Numbered from the whole stretch's first letter, positions 36,277 to 45,351 are shown. The stretch is 62,947 nucleotides of DNA, filler included, from Actinomycetota bacterium (GCA_009886115.1; 5 parts of 5 records of this genome joined end to end with filler, not necessarily neighbours in it), one strand, 5' to 3'. Notes: generated by a model from the sequence alone, not told the origin. Program-made: numbers and translations.

Positions 36277-38424
36277 ATGAGTGACGCCGCTACCCCGGTC
36301 AATGACATCGACTTCACATTCTCCGACATGGTGATGGGTTATGTCACGTCGTACGACAGGGCAACCGACGTCGTGCGCGTCACCACGAGCGATGGCCGTC
36401 CGTTCGATCTGACGATCACGGCGAACACGTACGCGGAGCTCGTCCGCAACCTCGGCGAGCCCTACCAGGACGCGACGGGAGCCCTGCGAGACATGTTGGA
36501 GCCCGGGCGCATGCTCTTCGGCTACGGCACGTTCCTGCCTGTCGAGGGTGGTCGCCGCTTCGATGTGAAGCACATCGTGTTCGTGGGCAAGCAGGCCCAC
36601 GAGTACCCGTTCGAGCGCCGGAACTGGTGGGTCCACCAGATCGACCAGCTCGCGCAGTACTACCTCAAGGCGGAGTTCGGCGACGAGATAGATTGGCGTG
36701 ACTATCGCACGACCTTGACGCTCGAGGGCACCAAGGTCGAGACCACCCGCCAGGAGACCGACACCGTCTCGCGGCTGGTCTACGGGTTCGCCTCGGCGTT
36801 CCTGCTCACGGGCAATGATCGGTATCTCGAAGCGGCCGAGAAGGGCACCAAGTACCTGCGCGACCACATGCGGTGGCACGATGCCGGTGAGGGCATCTCG
36901 TACTGGTATCACGGCATCGACGTCGACGGTACCCGTGAGCGCAAGATCCTGGCCTCGGAGTTCGGTGACGACTACAACGCCATCCCGGCCTATGAGCAGA
37001 TCTACGCGCTGGCAGGGCCCGCCCAGACCCTACGGGCCACAGGCGATCAGCGGATCGTGGCCGATGTCCACGCCACCATCGAGTTCTTCGACCGGTTCTT
37101 TCGCGACCGTGAGCAGGGTGGGTACTTCAGCCATGTCGACCCCATCACCTTCGATCCCCGCGCCGAGGAGCTCGGACAGGACCGGGCCCGGAAGAACTGG
37201 AACTCGGTCGGCGACCACGCGCCGGCCTACCTGATCAACGCCTGCCTGGCAACCGACGACCCGCGCTTGTGGGCGATGCTCGAGACCACGTTCGACACGA
37301 TCACCGAGCGCTTCCCCGACTACGAGCACAGCGACTTCGTCAACGAGAAGTTCTTCGAGGACTGGAGTCGCGACCAGACGTGGGGTTGGCAACAGAACCG
37401 GGCCGTGGTGGGGCACAACCTCAAGATCGCCTGGAACCTCACGCGCATGTGGAACCGGGTGCCCAAGGCCGAGTATCTCGAGCTCGCCAAGGAGATCGCC
37501 CGGCGGATGCCCGGTGCGGGGATGGACGCCCAACGCGGTGGCTGGTATGACGTGGTGGAACGGCAGCTCGAGGCTGGCGAGAGGTTCCACGCCTTCGCCT
37601 GGCACGACCGCAAGGCATGGTGGCAGCAGGAGCAGGGCATCCTCGCCTACCTCATCCTCGCCGGGTCGGTCGGTGGCGACGACGACTACCTGCGGCTGGC
37701 TCGGGAGTCGTCGGCGTTCTACAACGCGTGGTTTCTCGACCAGGACAGCGGCGGGATCTATTTCAACGTTCTCGCCAACGGCCTGCCCTATCTGCTGGGC
37801 AACGAGCGGCTCAAGGGGAGCCACTCGATGGCCGGGTACCACAGCTTCGAGCTGTGCTATCTGGCTGCGACCTACACGAACCTCCTGGTGACCAAGGAGC
37901 CCCTCGACCTGTATTTCAAGCCGATCCCCGGGTCGTTGCCCGATAACGTCCTGCGGGTCGCCCCCGACATCCTCCCCGCCAACTCCGTGAAGATCAGCCG
38001 GGTCTGGGTCGACGAGTTCCCGTACGAGGATTTCGATGCCGAGTGCCTCGTGGTTCGCCTGCCCGACCTCGACGAGCGCGTCACCGTCAGGGTGGAGCTG
38101 GTGTCGACGGTCGGGGTCGAGCACTTCGAGTGCGACACCACCTTCGACGGCAGCAACGCCACCCTGCGGCTGTCGGGTGTCCTCGACACGCGAGCCGTTC
38201 CGACGTTGCGTGCCGAGTTGGGGCGCATCGTCGAGGAACGGCCGTCGACGCTCACGATCGATCTCGAGGAGTGCACCGAGATCCACCCTGTCGGGGTGCG
38301 GGCACTGGTGTTCGCGTGCCAGAAGCTGCCGCTCGGCGAGTCGGTGGTGTTGCGCGGGTGCAACGACCTGGTGCGTGAATCGCTTCGCTCCGCTCGCTTC
38401 GAGGAGCTCGTCAGCGTCACGTGA
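36277..38424 (+). CDS. AGE/cellobiose-2-epimerase family (alpha/alpha)6 protein with extra N-terminal domain and C-terminal STAS domain
   Basis: SRLVYGFA, NSVGDH, VGHNLK, WWQQEQ, GYHS motifs; last ~100 aa (38122-38424) LRLSGVLDT...TIDLEEC...GVRAL is STAS-like. Confidence 0.82.
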   Translation: MSDAATPVNDIDFTFSDMVMGYVTSYDRATDVVRVTTSDGRPFDLTITANTYAELVRNLGEPYQDATGALRDMLEPGRMLFGYGTFLPVEGGRRFDVKHIVFVGKQAHEYPFERRNWWVHQIDQLAQYYLKAEFGDEIDWRDYRTTLTLEGTKVETTRQETDTVSRLVYGFASAFLLTGNDRYLEAAEKGTKYLRDHMRWHDAGEGISYWYHGIDVDGTRERKILASEFGDDYNAIPAYEQIYALAGPAQTLRATGDQRIVADVHATIEFFDRFFRDREQGGYFSHVDPITFDPRAEELGQDRARKNWNSVGDHAPAYLINACLATDDPRLWAMLETTFDTITERFPDYEHSDFVNEKFFEDWSRDQTWGWQQNRAVVGHNLKIAWNLTRMWNRVPKAEYLELAKEIARRMPGAGMDAQRGGWYDVVERQLEAGERFHAFAWHDRKAWWQQEQGILAYLILAGSVGGDDDYLRLARESSAFYNAWFLDQDSGGIYFNVLANGLPYLLGNERLKGSHSMAGYHSFELCYLAATYTNLLVTKEPLDLYFKPIPGSLPDNVLRVAPDILPANSVKISRVWVDEFPYEDFDAECLVVRLPDLDERVTVRVELVSTVGVEHFECDTTFDGSNATLRLSGVLDTRAVPTLRAELGRIVEERPSTLTIDLEECTEIHPVGVRALVFACQKLPLGESVVLRGCNDLVRESLRSARFEELVSVT

Positions 38425-38528
38425 CGCGTCCTCCGCGGGTCTGGCCGTCGGCCGAGGCCGTCGGGCCGGCTCGACGCACCCGTCCCGCCGCCGGGCCGTG
38501 CCCGGCACCTCAACTGAAGGAGTCAACC

Positions 38529-39392
38529 GTGAAGCAGATCCTGTTCGTCATCTCGGAGTGGGGCTATTGGGGCGAGGAGCTGGTGGGACCGCTGGAAGCC
38601 TGTGACGACGCCGGCTACGACGTCTCCTTCGTCACACCGACGGGTCGCAAGCCCACGCCGCTCTCCGTGAGCCTGGACCCCAGTTACATCGACCCGCCCC
38701 TCGGCCGGGGCGTGACGACGCCTGCGATGGCGACCAAGAGCAGGCTCCTGGCCGAGTCCGACCGTCTCGATGCGCCGCGCAGCCTCGCCGAGTGGTTCCC
38801 GGCCCGGCCCTACGCCAGCTCGTCGACGTACCTGCGCGACATGGAGGCCTACCACGAGCGCGTCGACCAGATCGTCGAGGACGATCTGGCGCACTACGAC
38901 GCGCTGGTGATCGTCGGTGGCAGCGGGGCCATGATCGACCTCGCCAACAACCAGCGCCTGCACGACCTCATCATCGGCATGGTGGGGCTCGACAAGCCCG
39001 TGGCTGCCGAGTGCTACGGCGTCGCCTGCTTCGCGTTCGCCCGCGACTTCCGGGAGAAGCGCAGCATCATCCGCGGCCGGCACGTCACCGGGCACCCCAT
39101 CGACTACGACTACACCGACGGGACCGGCTTCGAAGGCCCCCACGCTCTCGACGGTTCGCACACCGGTTTCGGTGACGGCTGGATCAACTTCGGGACGCCC
39201 TTCTACCCGCTCGAGCACATCCTGCGCGACGCGGTGGGCCCCGAGGGTGCGTTCATCGGCAACGTCGGCCACAAGACGTCGGTTCTGGTCGACTACCCGT
39301 TCATCACCAGCCGATCGACGGCCAGCTCGCTGCAATGCGGACGGCTGCTCGTGCAGGTTCTCGAGAAGGACCTGCGCCGACATGGCTGGTAG
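38529..39392 (+). CDS. DJ-1/PfpI (class I glutamine amidotransferase-like) protein, Hsp31-like length
   Basis: GYWGEEL, YDALVIVGGSG, AAECYG nucleophile elbow, VTG; AAGGAG RBS before GTG. Confidence 0.85.
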   Translation: MKQILFVISEWGYWGEELVGPLEACDDAGYDVSFVTPTGRKPTPLSVSLDPSYIDPPLGRGVTTPAMATKSRLLAESDRLDAPRSLAEWFPARPYASSSTYLRDMEAYHERVDQIVEDDLAHYDALVIVGGSGAMIDLANNQRLHDLIIGMVGLDKPVAAECYGVACFAFARDFREKRSIIRGRHVTGHPIDYDYTDGTGFEGPHALDGSHTGFGDGWINFGTPFYPLEHILRDAVGPEGAFIGNVGHKTSVLVDYPFITSRSTASSLQCGRLLVQVLEKDLRRHGW

Positions 39393-39434
39393 GTCACCCA
39401 GCCCCGATCTCGATGCGCGTGACGAGGAGGGGAT

Positions 39435-41144
39435 GTGACGACGCCGCGCCCGGGACGGGTCGCCGTGTTGGAGCAGTTCGTCGCCGACGGCTTCCGCCAC
39501 ATGTTCGGGAACCCGGGCACGGTCGAGCAGGGCTTCCTCGACGAGCTGCGTGGCCGGCCCGAGCTGCGCTATGTGCTCACGCTCCAAGAGACGATCGCCG
39601 TGTTGACCGCCGACGGCTTCGCCCGGGCGTCGGGACGACCGGCGCTGGTGCAGATCCACAGCACGCCCGGGTTGGGGAACGCCATCGGGGCTCTGTACCA
39701 GGCCAAGCGCGGCCATTCCCCGCTCGTGGTGATCGGCGGCGACGCCGGGATCCGCTATCAGGCCATGGAGGCGCAGATGGCCGGCGACCTCGTGGCCATG
39801 GCCGAGCCCGTCACCAAGTGGTCGGCGATGGTGCAAGACCCCACCTCGTTGCTGCGCATGGTCCGCAGAGCGGTCAAGGTTGCCGCGACGCCTCCGATGG
39901 GGCCCGTGTACCTGTGCCTGCCCGCCGACATCCTCGACGCCCAGAACGACGAGCCGGTGTTCCCGACGACCGTCCCCTCGACGCGTGTCGTCCCGACCGA
40001 TGATGTGATCGCCGATGTGGCCGCCGCGCTGGCAGCCGCCGAGCGCCCGATGCTGTACGTGGGCGACGGTGTCTCGTTCTCGGGCGCCCAGGAGGCCGTG
40101 GCCCGCATCGCCGCGCTCGTCGGCGCCGAGGTGTGGGACGTCGATGCCGGCGAGGTGAACTGCGACCAGACCAACCCCTGCTACCAGGGCGCCACCGGTC
40201 ACATGTTCGGGAGTCACAGCGCTCCGATCCTGCGGCGCGGCGACGTGAACCTCGTGGTGGGCACGTACGTGGTGCCCGAGGTCTTCCCGGAGCTGGGTGA
40301 GGTCTGGGCGCCCGGTGCCCGGGTCGTGCACATCGATCTCGATCCCGGGGCCATCGCCCGCAACCACCGGGTCGACGTCGGCGTGGTCGCCGATCCGCGC
40401 CTGACGCTCGAGCTCGTGGCCGATCGTCTCGCTCGTGTCCTCACCGACGACCGCCGTCGCGCTGCGGCGCAACGGGTGGCCGTGATGGCAGCGGCCCGGG
40501 CCGAGCGCCTCGCCGCGGAGCGGGCAGCCGATGATGTGACCCGGGGCTCGGTTCCCTTGCACCCGGCGGAGTTCGTCGAGGAGCTAGCGCTCCAGTTGCC
40601 ATCCGACGCGGTGATCGTCGACGAGGCGTTGACGTCGTCTCCGGCGATCGCCCGCTACCGGCCTGCCTCGGCACCCGGCTCGTATCTCCTCACCCGAGGT
40701 GGTTCGCTGGGAATCGGCATCCCCGGTGCCATCGGGGCCAAGCTGGCCCGACCCGACACGACCGTGGTCGGGTTCACGGGCGACGGCGGATCGATGTACA
40801 CGATTCAGGCCCTGTGGACAGCGGCCCGTCACGGCGTCGACGCCAAGTTCGTCGTGTGCAACAACCGTTCCTACCGCTTGCTCCAAGCCAACATCACCCA
40901 GTGGTGGTCCGACAACGATGTCGAGACCCACGAGTTCCCCGAGTGCTTCGACCTCTCGGAGCCGCCCATCCGGTTCGACGATCTCGCCCAGTCGATGGGG
41001 GTGTTGGGGCTGCGGGTCGACAAGACCGAGCAGATCCGGCCTGCGATCGCCGACGCCCTGGCCCATCCCGGTCCGGCACTCATCGAGCTCGTGATCGAGG
41101 GCAACGTCCGCCCCGAGCACGTCGCCGTCCGGTGCGGGCAATGA
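39435..41144 (+). CDS. Thiamine diphosphate-dependent enzyme (benzoylformate decarboxylase/acetolactate synthase-like)
   Basis: FGNPGTVE, LQE, ADGFARA, GGSLG, GDGGSMY...NN ThDP motif. Confidence 0.92.
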   Translation: MTTPRPGRVAVLEQFVADGFRHMFGNPGTVEQGFLDELRGRPELRYVLTLQETIAVLTADGFARASGRPALVQIHSTPGLGNAIGALYQAKRGHSPLVVIGGDAGIRYQAMEAQMAGDLVAMAEPVTKWSAMVQDPTSLLRMVRRAVKVAATPPMGPVYLCLPADILDAQNDEPVFPTTVPSTRVVPTDDVIADVAAALAAAERPMLYVGDGVSFSGAQEAVARIAALVGAEVWDVDAGEVNCDQTNPCYQGATGHMFGSHSAPILRRGDVNLVVGTYVVPEVFPELGEVWAPGARVVHIDLDPGAIARNHRVDVGVVADPRLTLELVADRLARVLTDDRRRAAAQRVAVMAAARAERLAAERAADDVTRGSVPLHPAEFVEELALQLPSDAVIVDEALTSSPAIARYRPASAPGSYLLTRGGSLGIGIPGAIGAKLARPDTTVVGFTGDGGSMYTIQALWTAARHGVDAKFVVCNNRSYRLLQANITQWWSDNDVETHEFPECFDLSEPPIRFDDLAQSMGVLGLRVDKTEQIRPAIADALAHPGPALIELVIEGNVRPEHVAVRCGQ

Positions 41145-41187
41145 CCGGGCCGGTTCGCAACCCCGTCCCGCGAGGAGCGTATCCATC

Positions 41188-41886
41188 GTGATTCACGAGT
41201 TGATCTTTGCCCATCCGAAGCCGGGAATGACCGAGGCCGAGTTCCAGGCCTACTGGGTCGACGTCCACGCGGTGCGCTACGCGTCGAAGATCCCGCAGAT
41301 CCGCAAGTACCTCGTGGCGACGCGCGTCCCGTGCGGGCCTGAGCCCGATGATCCCGAATGGAGCGGTTGCGCGGAGATCTGGCTTCGGGCGCAGGACCAG
41401 GTGGCCTCGTTGCAGACGCCCGAGTTCCTCGAGGGCGCCCGGATCGACGAGCCCCGGTGGGCCGCGTTCTGGCGCACCCTGGTGCTCGACACCGACGCCC
41501 ACGTCGTCCTGGCCGGACCGGGCGAGCGCGCCGACACCTCGCTCGTGAAGCTGTACGTCCTGGCCAAGCGCCGCGAAGGGATGACCCTGGCCGATGCCCG
41601 TCGATTCGCGCTGGAGGAGCACGCCCCCAAGGTGCTCGACCTGCCCGGGCTCCGGCGTTACGTGCAGGGTCACGTCGTCGATGGCGCGTACGGCGTCGGG
41701 GAGGCGGTGCTCGACTTCGCCTTCCAGCTCTGGTTCGACGATGTCGACGCGCTCGGGGCCGCCCTGCTCACACCGGAGTGGACCGAGAAGATCGTGCCCG
41801 ACCTCCACACCTTCGTCGAAGCCCGCTACGTCCACACCATGGCTGCCAAGGAGCACTGGGTGATCGGTCCCGAGGAGCGCGCATGA
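41188..41886 (+). CDS. Tandem EthD-domain (dimeric alpha+beta barrel) protein
   Basis: Two repeats: KPGMTEAEFQAYWVDVH...IPQIRKY...AEIW and RREGMTLADARRFALEEH...LPGLRRY...QLWF. Confidence 0.85.
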   Translation: MIHELIFAHPKPGMTEAEFQAYWVDVHAVRYASKIPQIRKYLVATRVPCGPEPDDPEWSGCAEIWLRAQDQVASLQTPEFLEGARIDEPRWAAFWRTLVLDTDAHVVLAGPGERADTSLVKLYVLAKRREGMTLADARRFALEEHAPKVLDLPGLRRYVQGHVVDGAYGVGEAVLDFAFQLWFDDVDALGAALLTPEWTEKIVPDLHTFVEARYVHTMAAKEHWVIGPEERA

Positions 41887-42947
41887 GCACCCTGCTGCAC
41901 CCGCACCGGGAGACGGCCGATCTGAACGCTGCCCTGTGGACGGCGATCGAGCGCGGCGACGCCCGCGCCGCGTTCGGAGCGATCGCCGACGGCGCTCGGG
42001 TCGACGGCCGCGGCGCCAATGGCCTCACCCCGTTGATGCTCGCCGCGGCCCATGGGAACCTCGATCTCGTGCAGGTGTTGGTCGAAGCCGGGGCCGACGT
42101 GTTCACCACCGACACCCAGGCCGGCGCGACCCCGCTCCACAAGGCCTGCCAGGGCGGTTCGGTCGAGGTGGTTCGGGTGCTGCTCGACGCCGGCGCCCAT
42201 GTCGACGCCGTCGCGGCCATGACCGGCCACACGCCCCTGATGGACGCCGTGTGGTTCAAGCAGCCTGCGATCGCCGGCGAGCTGCTCGCCCGCGGGGCCC
42301 GCATCGAGCTGTCGACGCACTACGGGTTCTCCTTCCTCGACCACCTGGCCTACGAGACACGCGTGAACGTCGTGGGCGCCGATGCGATCGTCGAGGCCGA
42401 CCGTCTCGTCAAGGACCGCCAGGCCGCCGACCAGCAGGCGATGAACGATCAGCTCCTGATGTCGGCGGTTGCCCGGGGCGCCGAGAACACCGTCGAGCGG
42501 CTCCTCGGTGAAGGTGCCGACGTCAACGCCCGCTTCCCGATCGTCACGAGCTTCAACGACGGGCACACCCCGTTGCACGTCGCCTGTCGAGACGGCCACA
42601 CCCGGATCGTCGAGCTGCTCCTCGCCGCAGGGTCCGACGTCAACGCCGTCGAGCCCACGTTCGGCGCGGTGCCGTTGCACAAGGCCACGTACAACGGCCA
42701 TGCCGACATCGTCCGGCTGCTCGTGGCTGCGCCGGGCGTCGACCTCGACGTGCAGGGCGCGACGAACGGCTACACGCCGCTGCACGACGCCTTGTGGCAC
42801 GGCTACGCGGACTGCGCCGCTGTCCTCGTCGAGGCCGGCGCTCGACTCGACCTGCGCGGCCATGACGGCGCGACGCCGATGCAGCTCGCCCGGCAGGCCT
42901 TTCGTGCCGGCCTCGATGTCGTGGACCTCATCACCCGCCGCCTCTGA
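41883..42947 (+). CDS. Ankyrin repeat protein
   Basis: GLTPLMLAA, TPLHKAC, GHTPLMDA, GHTPLHVAC, GYTPLHDA; ATGA overlap with EthD. Confidence 0.92.
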   Translation: MSTLLHPHRETADLNAALWTAIERGDARAAFGAIADGARVDGRGANGLTPLMLAAAHGNLDLVQVLVEAGADVFTTDTQAGATPLHKACQGGSVEVVRVLLDAGAHVDAVAAMTGHTPLMDAVWFKQPAIAGELLARGARIELSTHYGFSFLDHLAYETRVNVVGADAIVEADRLVKDRQAADQQAMNDQLLMSAVARGAENTVERLLGEGADVNARFPIVTSFNDGHTPLHVACRDGHTRIVELLLAAGSDVNAVEPTFGAVPLHKATYNGHADIVRLLVAAPGVDLDVQGATNGYTPLHDALWHGYADCAAVLVEAGARLDLRGHDGATPMQLARQAFRAGLDVVDLITRRL

Positions 42948-42992
42948 GCCCTCCCGACCGTCCGAACTGGCAAACCCCGAAGGAGCGTCACG

Positions 42993-43301
42993 ATGCTGTT
43001 CTACGTGCAGATGCGGTGGAACCACGAGGGTCGGATCTCGCTCGACGACCTGTGGGCCGTCGAGGAGCAGGAGACCGAGCACGCCAAGGAGACGATCGAT
43101 TCCGGCATGGTCGTGGGTATCTGGAAGGTCGCCGCGCAGAAGCGGGTCATCGCCATCGTCGACCTCCCCACAGCGGAAGAGCTCGACCGTACGGTCATGG
43201 GGCGCCTACCGATGCGGGAGTACCTCGAGATCGAGGCCGTCTGGCCGCTCCGCGACTATCTCGGGTTCGCCGAGGACGTCAAAGCCCGTTTCAAGGTCTG
43301 A
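42993..43301 (+). CDS. Muconolactone delta-isomerase-like protein
   Basis: MLFYVQM...E...G...IWKVA...D...EEL...LPM..Y.EIE pattern follows CatC; AAGGAG RBS. Confidence 0.75.
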   Translation: MLFYVQMRWNHEGRISLDDLWAVEEQETEHAKETIDSGMVVGIWKVAAQKRVIAIVDLPTAEELDRTVMGRLPMREYLEIEAVWPLRDYLGFAEDVKARFKV

Positions 43302-43311
43302 GGGAAACGAC

Positions 43312-43890
43312 ATGCGACTGAAGGGCCACAAGATCGCGGTGCTCCTCGAGAGCGACTTCTACGAGCACGAGATCTGGTACTACCAGCTCCGGTTCCCCGA
43401 AGAGGGGGCCGAGGTTCATTTCGTCTCGCGCCTGTGGGGCGCCTCGTCGCTCACGTTCACCGGCCACGAGTACAAGGCGCCGTTCGAGTGCCGCGAGTCG
43501 TTCGAAGACATGAGCGACGACGAGCTCCGGAGCTACTCGGCGGTCATCGTGCCCTCGGGGATGGTCTCCGATCGCCTGCGCTGGACCGAGGATGTGAACG
43601 TGCTGCCGCCCGCGACCCGGTTCGTGCAGCGGGCCTTCGCCGAGCCGCAGATCCTCAAGGGGGTCATCTGCCACGGCCTGTGGCTGCTGGCGCCGACACC
43701 CGAGCTCGTCAAGGGCCGTCCGATCACCTGCCACAACAACCTCCACGGTGACGCGCTGAACATGGGCGCCATGTACGTCGACGCCGATGTCGTCGTCGAC
43801 GGTGACCTCGTGACAGGCCGCACCGGTGGTCATTGCCACCTGTTCGCCCGCACCATCATCGATCAGCTCGCAGCAAGGGGAGAGTCGTGA
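43312..43890 (+). CDS. DJ-1/PfpI family protein (PfpI/YhbO-like)
   Basis: KIAVLLESDFYEHE, ICHG, DGDLVTGR. Confidence 0.9.
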   Translation: MRLKGHKIAVLLESDFYEHEIWYYQLRFPEEGAEVHFVSRLWGASSLTFTGHEYKAPFECRESFEDMSDDELRSYSAVIVPSGMVSDRLRWTEDVNVLPPATRFVQRAFAEPQILKGVICHGLWLLAPTPELVKGRPITCHNNLHGDALNMGAMYVDADVVVDGDLVTGRTGGHCHLFARTIIDQLAARGES

Positions 43891-45344
43891 CCACGCTCTT
43901 GAGCGCCCGGGACACCGAGTCCACCGTCCGGAACTGGTATGCGGCGATCGCACGCGGCGACGTCGCTGCGATCCTGGCGGGAATGGCGGCCGACGTCGAG
44001 TTCGTGCTTCCCGAGAACGAGTGGAACCGGGTGATCGACTACGTCGGAACCTGGCGGGGACGTGAGGCCGTCGCCCGGGCCTTCGCCCTGCGCGGCGCAC
44101 GAAACGAGATCCTCGACTACGAGGTCACCGAGATCGTCGCTGGCGACGGCTTGGCCTACGTCCGCTGCTTCACACGGGCCCGCCACCTCGCGACCGACTC
44201 GATCTACGAGGTCGACGACGTGCACCGTGTCGTGCTCGACGAGCGCGGGGAGATCTCGCACTGGACGGCGTTCTTCGATCCGAGCGCGGAGGCTGCCGCC
44301 TACCGGCACGAGGCCGAGTCGGCACTCGTCGCCGCGGTACGGGCAGGAAACTCGATCGAGGTGGCCCGGTTGCTCGAGATCGGGGTCAGTCCCGACACCC
44401 TTGACGCCGATGGCCGTCCCGTGCTGCAGGTCGCCGCGGGATGCGGGAGCGACGCGGTGGTTGCTGCGCTCCTCGCCGCGGGCGCCGACGTCGACCGTCG
44501 GCACGCCACATCGACGAACACGGCTTTGCACGTGGCCTGCCAGGGCGGCCATCTCCAGGTGGTGGGTCAGCTCCTGGGCGCGGGTGCCGACATCGAGGCG
44601 ACGACCTCGACCATGGGTCACACCCCGCTGGTCGAAGCGGTCTGGTACCTGTGCGAGGACGTCGTCGCCGAGTTGCTCGCAGCGGGTGCCCACGTGAACG
44701 TCGTCACCCACTACGGCGCGACGATCGGTGAACACATCGAGGCCGAGCGCGGGGCTGGCGCTCCAGGTCTCGAAGTCCTGGAGCGGATCCAGGATCGCTT
44801 GGGTGTCGGCGGCCGCGAGTCGGGAGCTCCGAGCGACGCCGACGCGCTCATCCGGGCCGTCATTGCCGGTGACACGGAGCGGGCGCTCCGCCACCTCGGT
44901 CTCGTGCCCGTCGATCTCGTCGACCCCATCGAGCGGGTGACCCCGTTGTTCGGCGCGGCCTGCCGGGGAATGACGGAAGTGGTCGTGGCGTTGCTCGAAG
45001 CCGGAGCCGATCCGAACCGGTTCGACCCCGTGTTCCTGGCATCGCCGATGCACCTGGCCGCCTACAACGGCATGGCCGAGACGCTTCGAGCGCTCATTTC
45101 CTGCTCACGGGCCGACATCGACCTCCAGGGGCCCGTGAACGGATACGCGCCCATCCACGATGCCGCGTTCCACGGACAACGCGAGTGCGTCGAGATCCTG
45201 GCCGCAGCCGGGGCTCGCCTCGACCTGCGGGGTCACGACGGCCGGACTCCGGCGGAGCTGGTCGCGTGGTCGCTCGGCGCCGACGATCCTCTCGCGGCCC
45301 GGCTCGCGCCCACCCTCGCGGCACCTGCGGCACCTGCGGGCTGA
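43887..45344 (+). CDS. NTF2/SnoaL-like domain fused to ankyrin repeats
   Basis: N-terminal VRNWYAAIARGD...GTWRGREAV...ISHWTAFFD, then TALHVAC, GHTPLVEA, GYAPIHDA; GTGA overlap. Confidence 0.85.
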   Translation: MTTLLSARDTESTVRNWYAAIARGDVAAILAGMAADVEFVLPENEWNRVIDYVGTWRGREAVARAFALRGARNEILDYEVTEIVAGDGLAYVRCFTRARHLATDSIYEVDDVHRVVLDERGEISHWTAFFDPSAEAAAYRHEAESALVAAVRAGNSIEVARLLEIGVSPDTLDADGRPVLQVAAGCGSDAVVAALLAAGADVDRRHATSTNTALHVACQGGHLQVVGQLLGAGADIEATTSTMGHTPLVEAVWYLCEDVVAELLAAGAHVNVVTHYGATIGEHIEAERGAGAPGLEVLERIQDRLGVGGRESGAPSDADALIRAVIAGDTERALRHLGLVPVDLVDPIERVTPLFGAACRGMTEVVVALLEAGADPNRFDPVFLASPMHLAAYNGMAETLRALISCSRADIDLQGPVNGYAPIHDAAFHGQRECVEILAAAGARLDLRGHDGRTPAELVAWSLGADDPLAARLAPTLAAPAAPAG

Positions 45345-45351
45345 GCAACCG

